Shown one piece after another: positions 8,138 to 15,690 of a stretch of DNA of 36,027 nucleotides. Numbering within the stretch: position 1 is the stretch's first letter; each line of letters starts with the position of its first letter. The position numbers and the translations under genes were made by a program. Source of the stretch: Acidimicrobiales bacterium (GTDB lineage: Bacteria; Actinomycetota; Acidimicrobiia; Acidimicrobiales; VFJN01); the NCBI GenBank assembly GCA_036558145.1, contig DATBGF010000659.1:1-36027 (forward strand). The letters are read 5' to 3'. The notes beneath the pieces are model-generated. The model saw only the letters and a program-made list of their open reading frames with translations. It ran no database searches and was not told where the DNA came from.

Positions 8138-9432
8138 CGGCTCTCCTCCTGGCGCAGCCGGACCGACTCGGCGTGGGCGGGCAGGCCCTCGTAGGTGGCC
8201 AGCGCCACGACGTGAGGCGCGACCTCGGCCAGGCCCTTGTCGTCGACGGTCACGACGTGGACGTGCTTGCGGAAGTCGTCGACCCGCAGCGCGCCCGAGA
8301 ACCGGGCCGAGCCGTAGGTGGGCAGCACGTGGTTGGGCCCGGCCACGTAGTCGCCGATCGACGCCGGGGCCAGCGGCCCGCAGAACACCGCGCCCGCGTG
8401 GCGCACCAGCGGCAGCAGGTCGGCGGCGTCCTCCACGAGCAGCTCCAGGTGCTCGGGGGCGATGGCGTTGGCCACGGCCAGCGCCTGGGTGGGATCGTCG
8501 CACACGACCGCGTAGCCGCCCTCGGCCAGCGTGGCCTCCAGGTGGCGGCGCCGGGGCGAGGCGGGCACGAGCCGGGCGACCGCCTCGGTGACGGCGTCGG
8601 CGACGGCCTCGTCCCAGGTGATCAGCCAGGCGAGGCCGTCGGGGCCGTGCTCGGCCTGCAGGATGACATCGATGGCGGCGTGGTCCACGGGGGTGGTGGC
8701 GTCGGCCACGACGACCACCTCGGACGGGCCGGCGAAGGCCGAGGGGACGCCGACCAGGCCGGAGCCGGCCACCTCCCGCTTGGCCTGGGCCACCCGGGCG
8801 CTGCCGGGGCCCACGATCACGTCCACCGGGCGGATCGAGGCGGTGCCGTAGGCCAGCGCCGCGATGGCCGCGGGGCCGCCGACCCGGTACACCTCGTCCG
8901 CCCCGGCCAGGGCGGCCGCGGCCAGGATGCCGGGCGCCACCCGGCCGTCGGGCCCCGGCGAGGTGACCAGCACCACCTCGGGCACGCCGGCGACCTTGGC
9001 CGGGACCACCGTCATGAGCACGGTCGACACCAGCGGCGCGGCGGCGCTGGGCACGTAGCAGCCCACCCGGTCCACCGGGCGGACCAGCTCACGGATCTCG
9101 ATGGCGCCGTTGTGGTGGACCACCTCGTCGCCGCACTGGGCCTCGTGGTAGGCCGCGATGTTGGCCTGCGCCACCTCCAGCGCCTCCCGCAGCTCGGCGG
9201 GGATGGCGTCGAGCGCCGCCGCCACCTCGGCCGGAGGCACCCGGATGTCGTCGATGCGGACGCCGTCGAACCGCTCGGTCAGCTCCCGGAGGGCGTCGTC
9301 GCCCCGGTCGCGCACCGCGGCCAGCACCGCCCGGACCTCGTCCACGGGCGGTTCGGTCTGGGCCGCGGGGCGGGGCAGGCGGCGGCGGAGGTCGCCGGTG
9401 CCGGTCCCGCGGAGGTCGAGTCGGCGGAGCAC
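8134..9432 (-). CDS. hisD: Histidinol dehydrogenase
   Basis: Motifs: VGCYVPSAAAPLVSTVLMTVVPAKVAGV, QAEHGPD and IGDYVAGPNHVLPT. I chose GTG 9432 (VLRRLDLRG, matching the usual M-L-x-R-I-DLRG N-terminus) because TAGCGT lies 8 nt upstream. The ORF-track start TTG 9441 is an alternative. Confidence 0.93.
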   Translation of the reverse strand: MLRRLDLRGTGTGDLRRRLPRPAAQTEPPVDEVRAVLAAVRDRGDDALRELTERFDGVRIDDIRVPPAEVAAALDAIPAELREALEVAQANIAAYHEAQCGDEVVHHNGAIEIRELVRPVDRVGCYVPSAAAPLVSTVLMTVVPAKVAGVPEVVLVTSPGPDGRVAPGILAAAALAGADEVYRVGGPAAIAALAYGTASIRPVDVIVGPGSARVAQAKREVAGSGLVGVPSAFAGPSEVVVVADATTPVDHAAIDVILQAEHGPDGLAWLITWDEAVADAVTEAVARLVPASPRRRHLEATLAEGGYAVVCDDPTQALAVANAIAPEHLELLVEDAADLLPLVRHAGAVFCGPLAPASIGDYVAGPNHVLPTYGSARFSGALRVDDFRKHVHVVTVDDKGLAEVAPHVVALATYEGLPAHAESVRLRQEESR

Positions 9433-9440
9433 GACCTGCA

Positions 9441-9446
9441 ACGCTA
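9441..9446 (-). promoter_or_regulatory. -10-like hexamer TAGCGT (minus strand), 8 nt upstream of GTG 9432 (hisD)
   Basis: TANNNT match read directly; no SD is present. Confidence 0.4.
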
Positions 9447-9498
9447 CCGGCGGCCGGTGGAACGGCCCCAGCCGATACCGCGGGTAGAACGGTCCCCC

Positions 9499-9690
9499 AT
9501 GGAGAGCGATCGAGCCGAGCTGTCGGCCCTGGCGACCAGCCTCGACGAGCTGACCACCCGCATCACGGCTTTGGCCGACCGCTACCGGGGAACACCCCGG
9601 GCGGACGTGGCCGACAGCCTCTACGAGGTCGAGCGCTCGCTGCTCACCGCGTCCCGCAAGCTGGACCGGGTCGAGCGGTCATTACGCTAA
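9499..9690 (+). CDS. Small (63 aa) predicted all-helical protein of unknown function
   Basis: Sequence: MESDRAELSALATSLDELTTRITALADRYRGTPRADVADSLYEVERSLLTASRKLDRVERSLR. It has mostly GC-ending codons and a heptad-like Leu pattern, and is followed by a strong hairpin. No SD or clear -10 is visible. Confidence 0.5.
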   Translation: MESDRAELSALATSLDELTTRITALADRYRGTPRADVADSLYEVERSLLTASRKLDRVERSLR

Positions 9691-9707
9691 GGCGTCCCGG
9701 AATACGA

Positions 9708-9733
9708 CGACGGCGCCCCGTAGGGCGCCGTCG
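9708..9733 (+). terminator. GC-rich hairpin (11-bp perfect stem cgacggcgccc / gggcgccgtcg, 4-nt loop), 18 nt after the 9690 stop
   Basis: Arms at 9708-9718 and 9723-9733 were verified base by base. No U-tract follows. Confidence 0.5.
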
Positions 9734-9735
9734 CG

Positions 9736-9791
9736 GCGACGCCAGGCGGCGGATCCCGGCGTCGCATGGAACCAGGTGGCGGGAACCTGGT
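9736..9791. terminator. Two further hairpins: gcgacgcc/ggcgtcgc (9736-9743 / 9758-9765) and accaggt/acctggt (9771-9777 / 9785-9791)
   Basis: Inverted repeats verified by hand. They lie in the 201-bp gap between the convergent small ORF and nth. Confidence 0.35.
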
Positions 9792-9891
9792 CTTCACCAA
9801 CGTTATCGCTTACGGCGTAGGCGAGGGTGCGCGGCTGGGCAAGAAGTTCGTTGCAATTGTTTCACGATGACCTGAAAGCCCATGTCAGAGG

Positions 9892-10551
9892 TCACACCTT
9901 GAAGGCCGACGGGCAGACGTCGGCGAGCACGCAGCGGTCGCAGGCGGGCTTGCGGGCCTTGCACACGGCCCGGCCGTGCAGGATCAGGCGCAGGCTGAGC
10001 GTCCCCCGCTCGGTCGCCTTGACCAGCGGGTTGAGGTCCATCTCGATCTTCACCGGGTCGGTCTGGGTGGTCAGGCCCAGCCGCTTGGACAGCCGCTGCA
10101 CGTGGGTGTCGACCGGCAGGCCGGGCTCGTCCATGGCCACGCTGCGGACCACGTTGGCGGTCTTGCGCCCGACCCCGGGCAGGGTCACGAGGTCGGACAT
10201 CCTGTGCGGCACCTCGCCCCCGAAGCGCTCGGTCACGCCCGCCGCCATGCCCATGATGCTCTTGGTCTTGTTGCGGAAGAACCCGGTGGTGCGGATCAGC
10301 TCCTCGACCTCGGCGGGATCGGCGCCCGCCAGGTCCTCGGGCCGCGGGTACTTGGCGAAGAGCGCCGGCGTCACCATGTTCACGCGCTCGTCGGTGGTCT
10401 GGGCCGACAGGATCGTGGCGGTCAGCAGCTCGTAGGGGTTGCCGTGATGCAGCGCGCACAGCTCGGCGGCGCTCCCCGGGTACTCGACCGCCAGGCGGTC
10501 GGCGACGACGCGGGCACGGCCTCGGGGGCTGCGGGGACGACCGGTGGCCAT
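9892..10551 (-). CDS. nth: Endonuclease III (DNA-(apurinic/apyrimidinic site) lyase / glycosylase)
   Basis: HhH-GPD motif LVTLPGVGRKTANVV. 4Fe-4S ligands C-x6-C-x2-C-x5-C (CKARKPACDRCVLADVC). Start at ATG 10551 (MATGRPRS) with TAGTGT 7 nt upstream; an alternative ATG lies at 10593. Confidence 0.9.
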   Translation of the reverse strand: MATGRPRSPRGRARVVADRLAVEYPGSAAELCALHHGNPYELLTATILSAQTTDERVNMVTPALFAKYPRPEDLAGADPAEVEELIRTTGFFRNKTKSIMGMAAGVTERFGGEVPHRMSDLVTLPGVGRKTANVVRSVAMDEPGLPVDTHVQRLSKRLGLTTQTDPVKIEMDLNPLVKATERGTLSLRLILHGRAVCKARKPACDRCVLADVCPSAFKV

Positions 10552-10558
10552 CGGGCGG

Positions 10559-10564
10559 ACACTA
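10559..10564 (-). promoter_or_regulatory. -10-like hexamer TAGTGT (minus strand), 7 nt upstream of ATG 10551 (nth)
   Basis: TANNNT match read directly. Confidence 0.4.
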
Positions 10565-10590
10565 CCGGCACGCCAGCCCCGTTCCGGCGA

Positions 10591-10596
10591 CATACT
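10591..10596 (+). promoter_or_regulatory. -10-like hexamer CATACT, 7 nt upstream of ATG 10604 (CapA-like gene)
   Basis: A at position 2 and T at position 6 are conserved; spacing counted by hand. Confidence 0.35.
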
Positions 10597-10603
10597 GCGG
10601 GCG

Positions 10604-11839
10604 ATGGCCCGTGAGCGCCCACCAGGCGTGCGATTGGCCGCCTCGATCGCCGCGGCCTTGATCCTCGCGTCCCTCGTACCGGCGGATCACCCGGCCTCCC
10701 CGGTCATGACTGCGATCGCCATCGGGGGGATCGACGGGAGGGCCCGCACGCACACGGCCCCCGAGCCGCCGGCGGTGCCGGAGCCGCGGTCGTTCACCCT
10801 GGTGGCGGGCGGGGACGTGCTGCTGCACGAGCCGCTGTGGGCGCAGGCCGGGGCGGACGGGGCGGCCGGCGGGACCGGAGGCCTCGACTTCCGGCCGCTG
10901 CTGGCGGGTGTCGCGCCCATCGTGCGCGGCGCCGACGTGGCCATCTGCCACCTGGAGACGCCGCTGGCACCCGCGGGTGGCCCGTACCACGGCTATCCCG
11001 CCTTCTCGGTGCCGCCCGAGATCGTGCCGGCGCTGGCGGACACCGGGTTCGACGCCTGCTCGACGGCGTCCAACCACACCTTCGACCAGGGCGCCGACGG
11101 CATCGACCGCACGCTGGCGGCGCTGGACGCGGCGGGCATCCGCCATGCGGGCTCGGCCCGCAGCCCGGCGGAGGCGGAGGCGATCACGCTCATCCCGACG
11201 CCGGCCGGGGCCGACGTGGCGTTCCTGTCCTACACCTTCGGGTTCAACGGCATCCCCGTGCCTGGCGGCGACGCGTGGCGCGCCAACCGCATCGACGAGG
11301 GCCGGATCCTGGCCGACGCGGCCCGGGCCCGGGCGGCGGGCGCCGAGGTCGTGGTGGTGGCGTTGCACTGGGGCCAGGAGTACCGGTCCGAGCCGACCCC
11401 GGAGCAGCGCGACCTCGGTCCCCGGCTGCTGGCCTCGCCCGACATCGACCTGGTGCTGGGCCATCACGCCCACGTGGTCCAGCCGGTGGAGGCCGCCGGC
11501 GGCGAGTGGCTCGTCTACGGGATGGGCAACTTCGTGGCCGACCACGAGACCGTGCTGCCCGCCAACGAGGAGGGCCTGCTGGTGCGGTTCACGTTCGGCC
11601 AGGCGCCCGACGGCCGCTGGCACGCCACCCGCGCCGAGTACGCGGCCCTGCTCGTGCGTACGCCCGGGCCGCCGATCCGCCTCGTGGACGCGGGCGCGGC
11701 CCGGTCCGACCCCACGCTGGCGCCCGCCGACCGGGCCCGGGCCCAGGAGGCGTGGGACCGGACCACCGCGACCACCGGCGCCCTCGGGGCCGCGGCCGCG
11801 GGCCTCGCTCCGCTGTGCTCCGTATCCTGCGCCCCGTGA
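10604..11839 (+). CDS. CapA-family (PGA_cap metallophosphatase-like) protein with N-terminal signal/anchor
   Basis: N-terminal hydrophobic segment LAASIAAALILASLV. Motifs: GGDVLLHEP, CHLETPLA, STASNHTFDQG, GHHAHVVQP and GMGNFV. Confidence 0.85.
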   Translation: MARERPPGVRLAASIAAALILASLVPADHPASPVMTAIAIGGIDGRARTHTAPEPPAVPEPRSFTLVAGGDVLLHEPLWAQAGADGAAGGTGGLDFRPLLAGVAPIVRGADVAICHLETPLAPAGGPYHGYPAFSVPPEIVPALADTGFDACSTASNHTFDQGADGIDRTLAALDAAGIRHAGSARSPAEAEAITLIPTPAGADVAFLSYTFGFNGIPVPGGDAWRANRIDEGRILADAARARAAGAEVVVVALHWGQEYRSEPTPEQRDLGPRLLASPDIDLVLGHHAHVVQPVEAAGGEWLVYGMGNFVADHETVLPANEEGLLVRFTFGQAPDGRWHATRAEYAALLVRTPGPPIRLVDAGAARSDPTLAPADRARAQEAWDRTTATTGALGAAAAGLAPLCSVSCAP

Positions 11840-12576
11840 GCCGCTTCGACCTCGACCGTCCCCGGGCCCAGGTGCGGGTGATCCAGGGCGGCCGGCGCTG
11901 GGACCTCGAGCTGAGCTACGAGCGCGACCCCGAGGGACGGGAGGACGCCGTCGAGGTCCTCACCGCCGCGCTCGGGCGCGTGCGGGCGGGCGGCGGCGGC
12001 CGGGCGCACCTGTGGATCAGCCGGCCCGAGGAGGCCGACGACCGCATGGCCGCGGCCGCCGGGCTCGACCCGGAGCGCGACCTGTGGGAGGTGCGCCGCC
12101 CGCTGCCCGTCGGCGAGGCCTGGGACCTGGAGACCCGCCCGTTCGTGGTCGGCGAGGACGAGGCCGCCTGGCTGGAGGTGAACAACCGGGCCTTCGCCTG
12201 GCACGCCGAGCAGAGCGGCTGGACCCTCGACGACGTGCGGGAGCGGGAGGCCGAGCCGTGGTTCGATCCCGACGGCTTCCTGCTCCACGAGCAGGACGGG
12301 CGCCTGGCGGGCTTCTGCTGGACCAAGGTCCACGTCGACCACGACCCGCCGCTGGGCGAGATCTACGTCATCGCGGTCGATCCCGACTTCGCAGGCCGGG
12401 GCCTGGGCCGGGCCCTGGTCCTGGCCGGCCTCGACCACCTGGCCGGGCGAGGCCTCACGGTCGGGATGCTCTACGTCGACGCCGACAACACGCCCGCGAC
12501 CCGGCTGTACGACGACCTGGGCTTCGTCCTCGACCACGTCGACCGCGCCTATGCGGCCGACATCCGCCCCCGCTAG
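11836..12576 (+). CDS. mshD: Mycothiol synthase (mycothiol acetyltransferase), short form with reduced N-terminal GNAT domain
   Basis: Matches remembered MshD blocks: VRRPLP, WLEVNNRAFAWHAEQSGWT, EPWFDPDGFLL, GFCWTKVH, GEIYVIAVDPDFAGRGLG and LYVDADNTPATRLYDDLGF. The GTG start overlaps the CapA-like stop (GTGA at 11836-11839). It is 246 aa, against about 315 aa as I recall for the mycobacterial enzyme. Confidence 0.85.
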   Translation: MSRFDLDRPRAQVRVIQGGRRWDLELSYERDPEGREDAVEVLTAALGRVRAGGGGRAHLWISRPEEADDRMAAAAGLDPERDLWEVRRPLPVGEAWDLETRPFVVGEDEAAWLEVNNRAFAWHAEQSGWTLDDVREREAEPWFDPDGFLLHEQDGRLAGFCWTKVHVDHDPPLGEIYVIAVDPDFAGRGLGRALVLAGLDHLAGRGLTVGMLYVDADNTPATRLYDDLGFVLDHVDRAYAADIRPR

Positions 12577-12612
12577 AGGGGGCCGGCAACACTCGTTCCC
12601 GGGCGCGGAGGG

Positions 12613-13347
12613 CTAGCCGACCCCGAGGGCCCGGCCGATGGCGAAGGTGACCGCCGCGGGGATGACGGTGAACAGCACCTGGCGCAGGATGGCCCGCCCG
12701 GTGGGCCGGCCGGTGGACCGGGCCACGACGGCGCCCACGACCACCGCCGCGGTCACGCCCAGGACCAGCGAGGCGACGATGGCGACGGTCCCCGCGGCCA
12801 CGAACCACGGGACCAGCGGCACCGACGCGCCGAGCGAGAAGGCCAGGAACGACGACACCGCCGCGTCCCGGGGCGAGCCCAGCTGGTTGGGGTCGATGCC
12901 CAGCTCCTCGCGGGCATGGGTCTCCAGCGCGGTCTCGGGGTCGCTCATCATGGCCTCGGCCACCCGCCGGGCGTCGTCGGCCGCCAGGCCGCGCTGCTCG
13001 TAGATCCCCGCCAGCTCGGCCGTCTCCAGGTCGGGGCGGCGCCGGAGCTCGGTCGCCTCCACCGCCAGCTCCCGCTCCAGCAGCTCCGCCTGGACCCGCA
13101 TCGAGTTGTACTCCCCCGCGCCCATGGAGATGGCGCCGGAGATGAGCCCGGCCAGCCCGGCCAGGCGCACCACCGCGGGGGCGGGGTCGGCACCGGCCAC
13201 GCCCAGGATGAGGCCCATGTTGCTGACGAGCCCGTCGCTCACGCCGAACACGGCGGCCCGGGCGGACCCGCCCTGCACGTCGCGGTGATGGTGCTCGGAG
13301 TGGTGCGCAGGGCGCCGGGTCCGGGGCTTGTCGCTGTCGCCGTCCAC
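12613..13347 (-). CDS. VIT1/CCC1-family iron/manganese transporter
   Basis: Motifs: FGVSDGLVSNMGLILGV and SMGAGEYNSMRVQ. A cytoplasmic helical segment is followed by C-terminal TM helices. GTG start at 13347. Confidence 0.9.
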   Translation of the reverse strand: MDGDSDKPRTRRPAHHSEHHHRDVQGGSARAAVFGVSDGLVSNMGLILGVAGADPAPAVVRLAGLAGLISGAISMGAGEYNSMRVQAELLERELAVEATELRRRPDLETAELAGIYEQRGLAADDARRVAEAMMSDPETALETHAREELGIDPNQLGSPRDAAVSSFLAFSLGASVPLVPWFVAAGTVAIVASLVLGVTAAVVVGAVVARSTGRPTGRAILRQVLFTVIPAAVTFAIGRALGVG

Positions 13348-13353
13348 GCCGCG

Positions 13354-13359
13354 ACGGTA
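13354..13359 (-). promoter_or_regulatory. -10-like hexamer TACCGT (minus strand), 6 nt upstream of GTG 13347 (VIT1 gene)
   Basis: TANNNT match in the 47-bp divergent intergenic region. Confidence 0.35.
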
Positions 13360-13380
13360 TCCATCGCGGCCGGGCCGCCC

Positions 13381-13386
13381 TACGCT
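13381..13386 (+). promoter_or_regulatory. -10-like hexamer TACGCT, 8 nt upstream of GTG 13395 (rlmN)
   Basis: TANNNT match in the 47-bp divergent intergenic region. Confidence 0.4.
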
Positions 13387-13394
13387 CGACGTCC

Positions 13395-14450
13395 GTGCCC
13401 TCCCGCTACGACCTCGACCGCGACGCGCTCTCCGCCCTGCTGGCGGGCGAGCCGCGCTACCGGGTCGACCAGGTCTGGGACGGGCTGCACCGCCAGCTGG
13501 CGGAGCCGGGCGAGCTCACGACGCTGCCCAAGGCGCTCCGCGCCCGCCTGGACACCGAGCTGCCCGCGGCCCTGCACCCGGTGGCCGAGTCGGCCACGCC
13601 CAACGGCGACACGGTCAAGTGGCTGTTCGAGCTGGACGGCGGCGCCCGGGTCGAGACCGTGCTCATGCACTACCGGGACCGCACGACCGTATGCGTGTCC
13701 ACCCAGGCCGGCTGCGCCATGGGCTGCGGATTCTGCGCCACCGGCCAGGCCGGCTTCCAGCGCCAGCTCGGCACCGGCGAGATCGTCGAGCAGGTGGTGC
13801 GGGCCGCCCGCCGGGCCCGCGAGTCCGGGCGGCGGCTGGGCAACGTGGTGTTCATGGGCATGGGCGAGCCCCTGGCCAACTACGACCGGGTGTGGCCCGC
13901 CGTCGTGCGCATCCACGACGACCTGGGCCTGTCCGCCCGCCACCTGACGCTGTCCACGGTGGGCCTGGTGCCGGGGATCCGCCGGCTGGCGGCCGAGGAC
14001 CTGCCGGTGAACCTGGCCGTGTCCCTGCACGCGGCCAACGACGAGCTGCGCAACGAGCTGGTCCCGATCAACAAGCGCTACCCGCTGTCGGTGCTGATGG
14101 GCGCGTGCGCCGACTACCTGCGGGCCAAGGGCCGGCGCCTGTCGTTCGAGTGGGCGCTGATCGACGGCACCAACGACCGGCTGTCCGACGCCCGGGAGCT
14201 GGCCGAGCTGGCCCGCACGCTGCCGCTGCCCGCGCACGTGAACCTGATCCCGCTCAACCCCACCCCCGGCTACCGCACCCGGGGCACGACGGCCGACGGC
14301 GTGCGCCTGTTCCGCCAGCGCCTGGAGGACCTGGGCGTCAACGCCACCGTCCGCCGCAACCGCGGCACCGACATCGACGCCGCCTGCGGCCAGCTGGCCG
14401 CCCGGGTCGAGCTGACCCAGCGGCCTCAGCGCACCAGCACCGTCACGTAG
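13395..14450 (+). CDS. rlmN: 23S rRNA/tRNA (adenine-C2)-methyltransferase, radical SAM
   Basis: Radical-SAM CxxxCxxC (GCAMGCGFCATGQ), plus FMGMGEPLANYD, LAVSLHAANDELR, NLIPLNP and the C-terminal IDAACGQL. Confidence 0.95.
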   Translation: MPSRYDLDRDALSALLAGEPRYRVDQVWDGLHRQLAEPGELTTLPKALRARLDTELPAALHPVAESATPNGDTVKWLFELDGGARVETVLMHYRDRTTVCVSTQAGCAMGCGFCATGQAGFQRQLGTGEIVEQVVRAARRARESGRRLGNVVFMGMGEPLANYDRVWPAVVRIHDDLGLSARHLTLSTVGLVPGIRRLAAEDLPVNLAVSLHAANDELRNELVPINKRYPLSVLMGACADYLRAKGRRLSFEWALIDGTNDRLSDARELAELARTLPLPAHVNLIPLNPTPGYRTRGTTADGVRLFRQRLEDLGVNATVRRNRGTDIDAACGQLAARVELTQRPQRTSTVT

Positions 14451-15214
14451 TCGTCGGCCCGGATGGCGTAGGCCAGACTCTCGCCCGGCCGGACCCGGGC
14501 GCCCGGCCACACCACGCAGTGGTCGAGCTCGCCCTCCACCTGCGCGCCCTCGCCCACCACCGAGACCCCGCCCGACGCGGCCAGGTTGGCCCACAGGTAC
14601 TGGGCCGGGGTCCCGCAGTCGACCCAGGGACCGTCCCAGCGGACCACCTCGACGCGGCCCTCGGCCAGCCGGTCGCGCCACGACACCTCCCACAGCCCGG
14701 TCGGCTCGGCCGCCAGCCGGGACACCTCGGACCACGGCATGAGCGAGCCCGCGATGCGGCTCTCGGGGCGCAGCCGGTCCTCGCCCGCCACCAGCACGCA
14801 CACCCGCTCGCGATCCCAGCCCGCCACGACACCAGACAGGTCCCCCGGGGCCCAGGTGTCGCCGTTGAGGACCAGCACGCCGCGGCCGTCGATCCAGGAC
14901 CGGAGCCGGCCGAGGGCGCCGGCGGTGCCGAGGGCCTCGCCCTCCTCGACCGAGATGTGCACCCGGTCGCCGAGGTGGGCCTCCACCTTCTCCCGGCCGT
15001 GGCACACGTTGACGGCCACGGCCCCGTCGGGGCCGACGGCCGTGCAGGCGCGGGCGATGGCCAGGTCCACCAGGGCGTCCTCGCCGACCGGGCAGAGCAC
15101 CTTGGGGCGCAGGCGGGTGAGCGGGCGCATGCGGGCACCCTCGCCCGCGGCCAGGACGACGGCGCACACGTCGGTTGGGAACGCCCCCATGGCCTGGGGC
15201 ATAGTCCGGGACAT
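14426..15214 (-). CDS. Nucleotidyltransferase-family protein (sugar-phosphate nucleotidyltransferase-like)
   Basis: N-terminal AVVLAAGEGARMRPLT (G-x-G-x-R NTP-binding loop) and LGTAGAL. The start is uncertain. I favour ATG 15214 (CACGAT 7 nt upstream); in-frame alternatives are 15223, 15202 and 15190. The 3' end overlaps the rlmN 3' end by 25 nt. Confidence 0.7.
   Translation of the reverse strand: MSRTMPQAMGAFPTDVCAVVLAAGEGARMRPLTRLRPKVLCPVGEDALVDLAIARACTAVGPDGAVAVNVCHGREKVEAHLGDRVHISVEEGEALGTAGALGRLRSWIDGRGVLVLNGDTWAPGDLSGVVAGWDRERVCVLVAGEDRLRPESRIAGSLMPWSEVSRLAAEPTGLWEVSWRDRLAEGRVEVVRWDGPWVDCGTPAQYLWANLAASGGVSVVGEGAQVEGELDHCVVWPGARVRPGESLAYAIRADDYVTVLVR
15200..15205 (+). promoter_or_regulatory. 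-10-like hexamer CATAGT, 7 nt upstream of ATG 15213 (MaoC gene), inside the first codons of the divergent gene
   Basis: A2/T6 match; spacing counted by hand. Confidence 0.35.
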
Positions 15215-15671
15215 GACCACCATCGTGCAGGGAATCGACGGGCTCCGCGACCTCGTGGGCCAGCACCTGGGCTACAGCGACTACGTCGAGGTGACCCAGG
15301 AGCAGGTGAACCTCTTCGCCGACGCCACCGGCGACCACCAGTGGATCCACGTCGACGTGGAGCGGGCCAAGAAGGAGAGCCCCTTCGGCGGCCCCATCGC
15401 CCACGGCTACCTGACCCTGTCGATGGGCCCCCGGCTGGTGCCTCAGGTCGTGGCGGTGTCGGGCATCTCGATGGCGGTGAACTACGGCTGCAACAAGGTG
15501 CGCTTCCCCTCCCCGGTCCCGGTGGGCTCGAAGCTGCGGGTGGGCGTCGAGCTGGCCGACGTGACCGACATCGAGGGCGGCGCCCAGGTGGTCATGCGCT
15601 TCACGTTCGAGTGCGAGGGCGCGCCGAAGCCCGCCTGCGTGGCGGAGAACGTCTTCCGCTACTACGCCTGA
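15213..15671 (+). CDS. MaoC-family (R)-specific enoyl-CoA hydratase / hot-dog fold dehydratase
   Basis: 152 aa with FADATGDHQWIHVDVERAK, PIAHGYLTLS and NYGCNKVRFPSPV. Confidence 0.9.
   Translation: MTTIVQGIDGLRDLVGQHLGYSDYVEVTQEQVNLFADATGDHQWIHVDVERAKKESPFGGPIAHGYLTLSMGPRLVPQVVAVSGISMAVNYGCNKVRFPSPVPVGSKLRVGVELADVTDIEGGAQVVMRFTFECEGAPKPACVAENVFRYYA
15222..15227 (-). promoter_or_regulatory. -10-like hexamer CACGAT (minus strand), 7 nt upstream of ATG 15214, inside the first codons of the MaoC gene
   Basis: A2/T6 match; spacing counted by hand. Confidence 0.3.
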
Positions 15672-15690
15672 CCGGCCGCCAGGCCGGCGA

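Noticed and set aside
6483-8503. ORF-track entries 6483..7859 (458 aa) and 7073..8503 (476 aa), suggesting much longer hisB and hisC
   Set aside because: The N-terminal extensions run through the upstream his gene in another frame and are Arg/Gly-rich. The conserved HisB and HisC sequences begin at ATG 7076 and GTG 8137, with 4-nt coupling overlaps.
9766-9870. 34-codon ORF (MEPGGGNLVFTNVIAYGVGEGARLGKKFVAIVSR) in the low-GC part of the nth-proximal intergenic region
   Set aside because: Many A/T-ending codons (gaa, cca, ggt, gtt, gct, gta, gca, att, tca, cga) contrast with the strong GC3 bias of real genes here. There is no SD or -10, and its 5' end lies inside a hairpin. It is kept only as a note under the intergenic finding.
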